A stretch of 32,000 nt of DNA from Candidatus Saccharimonadota bacterium (GTDB lineage: Bacteria > Patescibacteriota > Saccharimonadia > Saccharimonadales > Saccharimonadaceae): NCBI GenBank assembly GCA_001897305.1, contig MKSO01000001.1, positions 240,001 through 272,000 of the forward strand. The letters run 5' to 3'. Made by a program: the position numbers and the translations under genes. A model generated the notes under the pieces. The model was not told the origin of the DNA. It saw nothing but the letters and a program-made list of their open reading frames with translations, and did no database searches. This document shows, piece by piece, positions 24,802-31,706 of this stretch. The first letter of the stretch is position 1; every line of letters begins with the position of its first letter.

Positions 24802-25293
24802 ATGTTCGAAGCAATCAGCATGACCGACCAAGCGCGTTCGATGATCGATGACGCCGGTTTGGCGGCGCTCCAGCTCCAGGACCCATTCGTGTCCAGCGAG
24901 CACCTGCTGCTCGTTCTGTCCGCTTCGGCGAACACCGTCGCCCGACGGCTGCTCGATCACTTCGGGCTGTCCCACGAACTGGTCGACCGAAATGTCGGCC
25001 TGTATCGTCAGGCGACTGGCTACTTGCCGCTCTCGGGCGGCTTGCCGATCGGCGATGGCAAGTACGACATGATGTTCACGAAGGCCATCGACTTGGCCTG
25101 GAACGAGGCGACCTACTTCGGTGGGCCGCGAGGTACCCGAGGAGTCGTCGGCACCGAGCATTTGCTCATTGGGTTGTCGCTCGACCCGAAGGGCTTCGCG
25201 GGCAACTTCTTGCCGACCAACGGCGCTGACTACGTCAACCTGCGATCGGTTCTGGCCAAGTTCGGCGCCCAAGAGGGTGCCGTGCCGGCCTGA
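24802..25293 (+). CDS. stand-alone Clp N-terminal (Clp_N double repeat) domain protein, on a high-GC island
   Basis: Repeat 1: MFEAISMTDQARSMIDDAGLAALQLQDPFVSSEHLLLVLS (compare the ClpC/ClpB N-terminus MFERFT..A...A...A......I.TEHLLLGL). Repeat 2: FTKAIDLAWNEA...GVVGTEHLLIGLS. No AAA+ module follows. SD-like GAAGGGAAG upstream. The track ORF starts at GTG 24733, but ATG 24802 fits the family N-terminus. Confidence 0.8.
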   Translation: MFEAISMTDQARSMIDDAGLAALQLQDPFVSSEHLLLVLSASANTVARRLLDHFGLSHELVDRNVGLYRQATGYLPLSGGLPIGDGKYDMMFTKAIDLAWNEATYFGGPRGTRGVVGTEHLLIGLSLDPKGFAGNFLPTNGADYVNLRSVLAKFGAQEGAVPA

Positions 25294-25309
25294 GGGGTCG
25301 GTTTCTCAA

Positions 25310-25346
25310 GCAAGCAGATACCCGTGTCGCGCGGGTATCTGCTTGC
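25310..25346 (+). terminator. strong stem-loop without U-tract downstream of the Clp_N gene
   Basis: GCAAGCAGATACCCG (25310-25324) is exactly complementary to CGGGTATCTGCTTGC (25332-25346). It starts 17 nt after the TGA stop and has no T-run after it. Confidence 0.5.
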
Positions 25347-25410
25347 AAGAGATATCAGGATTCGTAGTTGTACATACAAAGCCCTGACAATGGAGTATAC
25401 TATAAGCGTT

Positions 25411-25584
25411 ATGAATAAACTTCTTATTACTATTGGCGCTGCAATTGGCGGTATCATCGGAGCTTACATACCATTTCTATGGGGTGACACTGACATATTT
25501 AGCGGCTGGAGTATTTTACTTGCCACGGTTGGTGGCATTGTGGGTATTTGGGCTGGGTTTAAACTCGCTCAGCGCATAGGCTAG
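25411..25584 (+). CDS. hypothetical small Gly-rich membrane protein (two TM helices)
   Basis: 57 aa from ATG 25411 (MNKLLITIGAAIGGIIGAY...LLATVGGIVGIWAGFKLAQRIG). The track ORF begins at 25324 inside the upstream hairpin, which is unlikely to be translated. ATG 25390 is an alternative start. Confidence 0.5.
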   Translation: MNKLLITIGAAIGGIIGAYIPFLWGDTDIFSGWSILLATVGGIVGIWAGFKLAQRIG

Positions 25585-25596
25585 TCAATACGATTA

Positions 25597-25605
25597 TGCT
25601 ATACT
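25597..25605 (+). promoter_or_regulatory. candidate extended -10 (TGcTATACT) 10 nt upstream of the ftsE ATG
   Basis: TGCTATACT at 25597-25605, ATG at 25616, no SD. Confidence 0.4.
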
Positions 25606-25615
25606 TCATACAGAG

Positions 25616-26299
25616 ATGATTCTACTAGATAGGGTAACAAAAACATACGGCAAAGATAACGCTCCGGCCCTCAACCGCATGAGCCTTTTTGTTGAACCGC
25701 GCGAATTCGTTATTATTATTGGTTCATCGGGCGCCGGAAAATCAACGTTGTTAAAACTACTCACCCGCGAAGAGAAGCCAACTAGCGGCAAAATCGTGGT
25801 GGGCGGCATCGATTACGACACTCTTAAAGATTCACAAATCCCTATGCTCCGCCGTAAAATTGGCGTGGTTTTCCAAGACTTCAAACTACTTCCACAGCGC
25901 ACGGTGTTTGAGAACATCGCTTTTGCGCTGGAAATCGCCGGCATGACCGGCCGCGAGATTAAAAGTACCGTACCAAAGGTGATTGACCTAGTGGGCTTAA
26001 CGGGTAAGGAAAAGCAGTTCCCAAGCCAGCTATCTGGTGGTGAACGTCAGCGCGTTGCTATTGCCCGTGCGATTGTTCGTCAGCCTAAAATCCTGATTGC
26101 CGACGAGCCAACCGGTAACCTCGACCCTAAAAACACTTGGGAAATTGTGCGTTTACTTGAAAAAATTAACAAATACGGCACTACCGTACTGCTTACTACT
26201 CACAATGCCGATATCGTGAACAAATTAAAGCGTCGCGTTATTACTATTGAAGAAGGTAAAATTACCGGTGACCAGGCCGAGGGAAGCTACCGGCAGTAG
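25616..26299 (+). CDS. ftsE: cell division ABC transporter ATP-binding protein FtsE
   Basis: 227 aa. Walker A GSSGAGKST, VFQDFKLLPQRTVFENIAFAL, LSGGERQRVAIARA, ILIADEPTGNLDP. Followed by ftsX. Confidence 0.92.
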   Translation: MILLDRVTKTYGKDNAPALNRMSLFVEPREFVIIIGSSGAGKSTLLKLLTREEKPTSGKIVVGGIDYDTLKDSQIPMLRRKIGVVFQDFKLLPQRTVFENIAFALEIAGMTGREIKSTVPKVIDLVGLTGKEKQFPSQLSGGERQRVAIARAIVRQPKILIADEPTGNLDPKNTWEIVRLLEKINKYGTTVLLTTHNADIVNKLKRRVITIEEGKITGDQAEGSYRQ

Positions 26300-26308
26300 G
26301 GTAATAGT

Positions 26309-27340
26309 ATGGTACGACAGAATCAAAAAGAGAATCGGCAAGAGCAGAAGGCGAATAAGGTCGTCAAGGCTAAAACGAGCGCTAAAGCTTTAGCCCAGAA
26401 GAAGCATCATCGCCGCCAGTGGATTACTTTCCTGCGCATGTGTCGCTACGGGGTCAATAATTTTACCCGTAATGCTTGGTTAACAGTGGCTGCTACCGCG
26501 GTTATGACTATTACGCTGTTTGTTATTTTTGTCAGTTTTGTTTCACATAACGTTCTTATTGATACGGTTGACCAACTCCGCGATAAAGTAAACATGTCTA
26601 TTTACTTGAAAAACGACACCACCGAAAAGGATGTCGATACGGTAGTGGCGCAAATTGAGAATCTGTCCTCGGTAACAAGTGTAAGTACTAAGTCCCCAGA
26701 AGAAGCCCGAACAGACTTTGTTAACCAAAATAAAACGGATGAGGGAACGCTGGGTGCTGTTAAAGAAGCGACCAACAAATTCCCTTGGACGATCAGTATT
26801 AAGGTAAAAGATATCAACGACACGGCGCAATTGTCTGACTTGGTTAAAAACAACGAACTCGTGAAGGAGCACATTGATCCCAACCGTGACCCGTCGTTTG
26901 CGGGTAGTCGCCGCACCGCCATTGAAACTATTGGTAGGGTAGCGCACTTTGCACAGCAAATCGGTATTCTTATGAGTATCGTTTTTGTGGCTATTTCTAT
27001 GCTGATAATCTTCAATACTATTCGTATGGCCATCTTCAACCGTCGTGAAGAAATCCAGATGATGAAGCTGATTGGGGCCGATAGGGCATTTATTCGCGGG
27101 CCATTTTTAGTAGAAGCGATTGTGTACGGGTTCTTCGCTGCCATTATTGCTACCGGTATGGGCTTTGCATTGTTAGTTCTCGCCGCACCTGCGCTTGCTA
27201 CATATGACATTAATGTTCAGCCAACTCTCACTCTCGCTACGTATTACGCGGGGATTGTACTACTGGCTATGATTATTGTCGGTGCTATTATTGGCATGAT
27301 CTCATCATTACTTGCAACTCGTCGTTATCTTAAGCTTTAA
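26309..27340 (+). CDS. ftsX: cell division permease-like protein FtsX
   Basis: 343 aa. Basic N-terminus, TM1, an extracytoplasmic domain of about 120 aa (MSIYLKNDTTEKDV...), and a C-terminal three-TM FtsX domain (EEIQMMKLIGADRAFIRGPF). Confidence 0.88.
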   Translation: MVRQNQKENRQEQKANKVVKAKTSAKALAQKKHHRRQWITFLRMCRYGVNNFTRNAWLTVAATAVMTITLFVIFVSFVSHNVLIDTVDQLRDKVNMSIYLKNDTTEKDVDTVVAQIENLSSVTSVSTKSPEEARTDFVNQNKTDEGTLGAVKEATNKFPWTISIKVKDINDTAQLSDLVKNNELVKEHIDPNRDPSFAGSRRTAIETIGRVAHFAQQIGILMSIVFVAISMLIIFNTIRMAIFNRREEIQMMKLIGADRAFIRGPFLVEAIVYGFFAAIIATGMGFALLVLAAPALATYDINVQPTLTLATYYAGIVLLAMIIVGAIIGMISSLLATRRYLKL

Positions 27341-27350
27341 TAAACATTTT

Positions 27351-27500
27351 AAGCATACTATCACGGTGGGCACTTCTCTTTTGAGATACAAGGAAATATC
27401 TGCAGCCCGAGTCTGAACGGGACGCTGGCGCCCGAGAAGACCCGGTGCGAAGCCATTTCCGGTAGATCGAAAGAGAAGTGCCCACCGTGATAGTATGCTT
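27351..27500 (+). repeat. hairpin-capped conserved-core element, copy 2
   Basis: The 31-nt arm AAGCATACTATCACGGTGGGCACTTCTCTTT (27351-27381) is exactly complementary to 27470-27500. Pairing continues inward (GGAAAT/ATTTCC and others). The core at 27400-27455 is 53/56 identical to 17230-17285. The stem sequence is unrelated to copy 1. Confidence 0.85.
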
Positions 27501-27527
27501 GACTGTACATAAAGCTTATGCTAATGT
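27499..27527 (+). promoter_or_regulatory. candidate promoter TTGACT-N17-(TGc)TAATGT for the PcsB-like gene
   Basis: TTGACT at 27499-27504, starting in the last 2 nt of the hairpin arm. TG at 27519-27520 and TAATGT at 27522-27527. ATG 27538 lies 10 nt after the -10. Confidence 0.45.
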
Positions 27528-27537
27528 AGGTAGAGTA

Positions 27538-28755
27538 ATGATGAAACTGAAAGCCACCACACCAGCTTCAATCACTCAATATACGAAAAGGGCGTTTCTC
27601 ATTGTGAGTGCGCTTGTTTTAGTTGGTGCCGGTGCATTCGCTCTAAAATCTCAGCCAGCCGCCGCCGACCAATACGACGACAAGATCGCTTCGCTGCAGG
27701 CCGATATGGCTCGTTACCAGGCTGAGGCTGATCGTCTTAATGCCGAAGCGACTACTCTTGCTAATGCTTTAGCGCAGATTACCAACGAAAAGAATGCCCT
27801 CCAAGCCCAAATTGATGTTGGTCAGGCTCAATACGACAAATTGGTTATTCAAATTGCTGATACTGAAAAGCAAATTCAGGAAAACCAAGACGCGCTTGGT
27901 ACTACTATTGCCGACCTTTATGTAGATGACAGTATTTCGCCAATTGAAATGCTTGCCAGCAGCCAAAATATTGGCGATTATCTTGATAAGCAAGAGTACC
28001 GTAACTCGGTAAAGGACCAACTAAGCACCACTATTAAAAAAGTCCGCGACCTTAAGGCCCAATTAAGCCAACAGAAGTCAGATGTTGAAAAAGTTTTGGC
28101 TGAGCAAAAATCTGCTCGTGACTCGTTAGCAGCTAAGCAAGCCGAGCAAGCTAACTTGTTGGCGTCTACCCAGAATGACGAAGCTAACTACCAAAATATG
28201 ATTAAAGACAACCAATCTCAGATTGCCGCTGCTAAAGCCGCACAAGCAGCTATTCGTGCACGAGCTAATTCAACGGGTGGGGGAGTACTGGTTGACGCTG
28301 GTTCATTAGCTGCCTACCCGTGGAATGAATCAAACTGTTGGATGATCGGCTACATGTCTGAAGGTGGCGCCGGTAACGGCCTTGACGGTCACGGCTACGG
28401 ATGTCGCCAGTGTGTTAGCTATGTTGCGTGGCGCGTTGCCAAAGAGACTGGCGTATACTACGATACCGTACTTGGTAACGGCGGTAGCGCAGCGTACAAC
28501 CTAGCGCAACGCGGCTACCAAAACCTTGGCCGTACTCCACAACCTGGTTCAGTCGCGTCACTTTGGGGTACTTCATCGGCACCGTATTCATCGGCTAGCT
28601 CACCTGGTCACACTGCCTATGTAGAAGACGTAAGCCCTGATGGCAGCAAGGTGCTCGTAAGCCAATACAACTACAACTATGGTTCAGGCTATGGTATGTA
28701 CAGTAAAATGTGGCTATCTTCAAACTTTTTTGATCAATACGTCAAAATTAAATAA
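27538..28755 (+). CDS. secreted coiled-coil + CHAP-domain peptidoglycan hydrolase (PcsB-like)
   Basis: Signal peptide from MMKLKATTP...AFALKSQPAAA, then a coiled-coil region of about 200 aa. C-terminal CHAP domain with Cys (GCRQCVSYVAWR) and His (PGHTAYVEDV). The track start at GTG 27478 would translate the hairpin arm, so I moved the start to ATG 27538. Confidence 0.8.
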   Translation: MMKLKATTPASITQYTKRAFLIVSALVLVGAGAFALKSQPAAADQYDDKIASLQADMARYQAEADRLNAEATTLANALAQITNEKNALQAQIDVGQAQYDKLVIQIADTEKQIQENQDALGTTIADLYVDDSISPIEMLASSQNIGDYLDKQEYRNSVKDQLSTTIKKVRDLKAQLSQQKSDVEKVLAEQKSARDSLAAKQAEQANLLASTQNDEANYQNMIKDNQSQIAAAKAAQAAIRARANSTGGGVLVDAGSLAAYPWNESNCWMIGYMSEGGAGNGLDGHGYGCRQCVSYVAWRVAKETGVYYDTVLGNGGSAAYNLAQRGYQNLGRTPQPGSVASLWGTSSAPYSSASSPGHTAYVEDVSPDGSKVLVSQYNYNYGSGYGMYSKMWLSSNFFDQYVKIK

Positions 28756-28844
28756 TACAACGCACAAAACTTCAGTGAATACCCAGCTAAAGCGGTATAA
28801 TAGTAGCAGTATTTACTGATATTTCATTCGGAGGGTTACAGGTA

Positions 28845-30068
28845 ATGGTTGAGTATGAACAGGCCACTAGCGCGCCTAGTGGGCGACGACGTCGTGATAG
28901 AAAACAGCGACGGCTGCCTGTAGCGGTTGTAATATTAGCATTTGTTTTTGTGGGTGGCATAGGCTACCTGGCAGGTACTTTAAATGCCGGTACGTGGCTT
29001 CATTCGGGCGTTAATAGCCTTATAGGCAAAGAGGATATCGACCTATCGACTGTTCAAAATACCTATCATGCTTTGGCAGATAACTTCGATGGAAAACTCG
29101 ACGCCGATAAACTTATTGCCGGGGCAAGTCGTGGCCTTGTTCAGGCGGCGGGTGATCAGTATACCGTGTACATGGATAAAAAAGAGGCCTCCGACTTCAA
29201 TAACAGCCTGACAGGATCAATTGGCGGGGGTATTGGTGTCGAGCTCGCTGAGCGCAATAACTTACCAACTGTCGTCCGGCTTTTGCAAAATAACCCAGCC
29301 GAGAAAGCTGGCCTGCAAATTAATGACATTGTCGTTAAAGTGAATGACGAAGATGTGACCAAAGCTTCAATTAACGATATTGTAACGAAAATACGCGGCG
29401 ATGCTGGTACGACTGTTAAGCTTACGATAAGCCGCGACGGTGAACTAAAAGACTTTTCGTTAACCCGTGCCGAAGTCAACAACCCCAGTGTGTACGGCTC
29501 CGTTAAAGACGGCATTGGCATTATGACCGTTACGCGTTTCGATGATAACACCGGTAGCTTGGCTCGTCAGGTAGCTCGTAGCTTTAAGGATCAGAATGTT
29601 CGTGCGGTCGTGCTTGATCTCCGTGGGAACGGCGGTGGCTATGTGACTGCAGCCCAGGCCTTAGCGGGTGTGTGGCTCGATAATCAGATCGTCACTACCG
29701 AGCGTACGGGTGGTACGGTGACGGACGAACTCCGCTCTACGGGCAGCCCAATCCTTAACGGCTTACCAACTGTAGTATTAGTAAACGGGAGTAGTGCTAG
29801 TGCTAGTGAGATTGTAGCTGGTGCGCTTCACGATCACAAGGTAGCAACTCTTATTGGCGTGACGACATTTGGCAAGGGGAGCGTACAAAAACTGATCAAT
29901 CTTCCCAACAGTGCCATGCTCAAGGTAACGGTAGCCCGCTGGTATACACCTGATGGTATTAATATCTCTGAAAAGGGCATTCAACCAGACAAGACGGTGA
30001 CGTTAAGCGCCGACGATGCTAATGCTGGTAGGGATCCGCAACTTGATGCCGCCCTGCAGTCGTTCTAG
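28845..30068 (+). CDS. ctpA: S41 family C-terminal processing peptidase with PDZ domain
   Basis: 407 aa. N-terminal TM anchor, PDZ (PAEKAGLQINDIVVKVNDEDV), DLRGNGGGYV, catalytic Ser region NGSSASASEIVAGAL and Lys region TFGKGSVQ. SD GGAGGG upstream. Confidence 0.88.
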   Translation: MVEYEQATSAPSGRRRRDRKQRRLPVAVVILAFVFVGGIGYLAGTLNAGTWLHSGVNSLIGKEDIDLSTVQNTYHALADNFDGKLDADKLIAGASRGLVQAAGDQYTVYMDKKEASDFNNSLTGSIGGGIGVELAERNNLPTVVRLLQNNPAEKAGLQINDIVVKVNDEDVTKASINDIVTKIRGDAGTTVKLTISRDGELKDFSLTRAEVNNPSVYGSVKDGIGIMTVTRFDDNTGSLARQVARSFKDQNVRAVVLDLRGNGGGYVTAAQALAGVWLDNQIVTTERTGGTVTDELRSTGSPILNGLPTVVLVNGSSASASEIVAGALHDHKVATLIGVTTFGKGSVQKLINLPNSAMLKVTVARWYTPDGINISEKGIQPDKTVTLSADDANAGRDPQLDAALQSF

Positions 30069-30069
30069 C

Positions 30070-30098
30070 TTGTGCTTATCTTTGGACCGTAGTACAAT
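30070..30098 (+). promoter_or_regulatory. candidate promoter TTGTGC-N17-TACAAT, with the -10 ending 9 nt before the response regulator ATG
   Basis: -35-like hexamer at 30070-30075, TACAAT at 30093-30098, ATG at 30108, no SD. Confidence 0.4.
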
Positions 30099-30107
30099 AC
30101 AGCGTAT

Positions 30108-30488
30108 ATGGACGCAAAAAAGAAAATCTTACTAGTAGAAGATGACGAGGCGTTGGCAAATGTCTACAAGTCGCGTCTCGACATCGAAGGCTTCGAAACA
30201 GAATGGGTACCTAATGGTGAAGAGGCGCTGGCTACGGCTACACGCTACAAGCCTGATCTTATTTTGCTCGACGCCATGATGCCAAAAATCAGTGGCTTCG
30301 ATGTGCTCGACATTCTTCGTAACACCCCTGAAACCGCTAATATTCACGTTATTATGCTCACGGCTCTTAGCCAGCCAAAGGACAAAGAACGTGCTGAAGC
30401 ACTTGGCGTTGATGATTATCTTGTGAAATCACAGGTAGTTATTGGCGATGTTGTTGAGCGGGTGCGATATCATTTAGGGCAGTCGTAA
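30108..30488 (+). CDS. single-domain response regulator (receiver only, CheY-like)
   Basis: 126 aa. Acidic pocket LVEDDE, phospho-acceptor LILLDAMMP, and conserved T (IMLTAL) and K (DYLVKS). No output domain and no histidine kinase in the window. Confidence 0.88.
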   Translation: MDAKKKILLVEDDEALANVYKSRLDIEGFETEWVPNGEEALATATRYKPDLILLDAMMPKISGFDVLDILRNTPETANIHVIMLTALSQPKDKERAEALGVDDYLVKSQVVIGDVVERVRYHLGQS

Positions 30489-30524
30489 GCCATATTAGAT
30501 ATTAATTAACACTAAAAACAAAAA

Positions 30525-31652
30525 ATGACAGATATCGAATCGCAAAATCCAACACCAGAGCAAGACTTATCAAAGAAATTTCTTACCGAAGCAACCGATC
30601 TTAGAGATTCCCTGACCCCTGAGACTAGCCAGTTAGTGCTTGATGCCCAAATGGACCGGTTTATATCTGGCATAGAAGATGCTTCACAGAATGGTGAGCT
30701 TGTGGGCTCTACTGGAAAGCAATATAGTCTCGAAGAAATAATGGAGCGACTTGATGTTCTTCGCTCACTTATAGATGAAACGACGAAAGAGGGGCAGCCC
30801 GTACCGATGACTGTTCTTCCGGTTGCGTTGAGGGACCCGTTTCGATTACTTTTAGCTAATGAAACCACTGCACAAACGTTGAAGGGCAGTATCGATACTG
30901 CTGTGGCTATTTTTAAACAGGAACAGGCGGGTGTTCGTGAGCCATCTCCAAGTGTTGCTAATATACCGTTTAGTGACAAGTTTCCTCGGAAGAGTGAAGT
31001 TGGTGCCGCTAAGACTATTGTGAATCTAGAAGGCATAATGTCCGGTCAGGACGTTGCACCCAAAACTGAAGCTTACCAGTCGACTGAACGTTTTGTGGAC
31101 AAAGAAGCGCGCGAGCAAATTATCGAAGATCTTTCCGAAGAAGCAACGAATGCTTCAGGGATCGCAAACCCCATCGAGCACGAATCCGCTAAACATTTCT
31201 CGCCTGGTCAAGAAGTAAGGGTTAAGCGTAGTAGCGGAGAGTTGGAAGGTGGGTGGAAGGTAGACTTCGTTAATAAGCAAGATGGCACACTTCTTCTTGT
31301 GTCGCCTGATGGGCGTCATGAAAAGCCCTATAAAGCGAGTGAACTGCTCGTATTGAACCCATCCGGACAGACTAATGAGGTACCAGTAGCAACTCCTGAT
31401 GATATGAAAGATGACCCAGATCTCCGTATTGATGCGTTGTCGGCAAGGATGGATGATATTCGTGGTAAATTCGATGCACAAGACGCTCGCTTGCTTCATA
31501 AATTTGCTTCGGCGGTACATGAGTTTGAATTTAATTCTGCATATGGTGACATGAGCCCTGGTGCAAGGGGTGTCGCGTTGCAATACAGAGATCTTCTTGC
31601 CGAGTTGAAGCAAGCAAGGGCTGATAAGGAACAGTCAAAGGGGAGTAGATAA
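30525..31652 (+). CDS. hypothetical acidic protein (possible SH3-like central segment)
   Basis: 375-aa ORF starting 36 nt after the response regulator and sharing its terminator. I recognise no family motif. The central segment FSPGQEVRVKRSSGELEGGWKVDFVNKQDGTLLLVSPDG resembles small beta-barrel (SH3/Tudor-like) folds. Confidence 0.65.
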   Translation: MTDIESQNPTPEQDLSKKFLTEATDLRDSLTPETSQLVLDAQMDRFISGIEDASQNGELVGSTGKQYSLEEIMERLDVLRSLIDETTKEGQPVPMTVLPVALRDPFRLLLANETTAQTLKGSIDTAVAIFKQEQAGVREPSPSVANIPFSDKFPRKSEVGAAKTIVNLEGIMSGQDVAPKTEAYQSTERFVDKEAREQIIEDLSEEATNASGIANPIEHESAKHFSPGQEVRVKRSSGELEGGWKVDFVNKQDGTLLLVSPDGRHEKPYKASELLVLNPSGQTNEVPVATPDDMKDDPDLRIDALSARMDDIRGKFDAQDARLLHKFASAVHEFEFNSAYGDMSPGARGVALQYRDLLAELKQARADKEQSKGSR

Positions 31653-31690
31653 AAATAAAACCCGTGAGGTACCTCACGGGTTTTATTTTA
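31651..31690. terminator. bidirectional intrinsic terminator between convergent genes
   Basis: Perfect 20-nt palindrome CCCGTGAGGTACCTCACGGG (31661-31680), flanked by AAAAATAAAA upstream and TTTTATTTTA downstream. Confidence 0.8.
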
Positions 31691-31706
31691 CTTTTGGCAA
31701 GAAGGA

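Noticed and set aside
24643-25272. 209-aa minus-strand ORF antisense to the Clp_N gene
   Set aside because: Long antisense ORFs are expected in high-GC DNA. The plus-strand product has clear Clp_N repeat motifs and an SD, whereas the antisense product has no recognisable features.
26602-27210. 202-aa minus-strand ORF, and the 138-aa ORF at 26543-26959, inside ftsX
   Set aside because: Both are antisense to a well-supported ftsX with the correct domain layout. Neither has an independent start context or recognisable motifs.
27478-27537. N-terminal 20 codons of the track ORF 27478-28755 (GTG start)
   Set aside because: These codons are the 3' arm of the 31-bp hairpin. A promoter-like TTGACT-N17-TAATGT lies inside them, and a typical signal peptide begins at ATG 27538.
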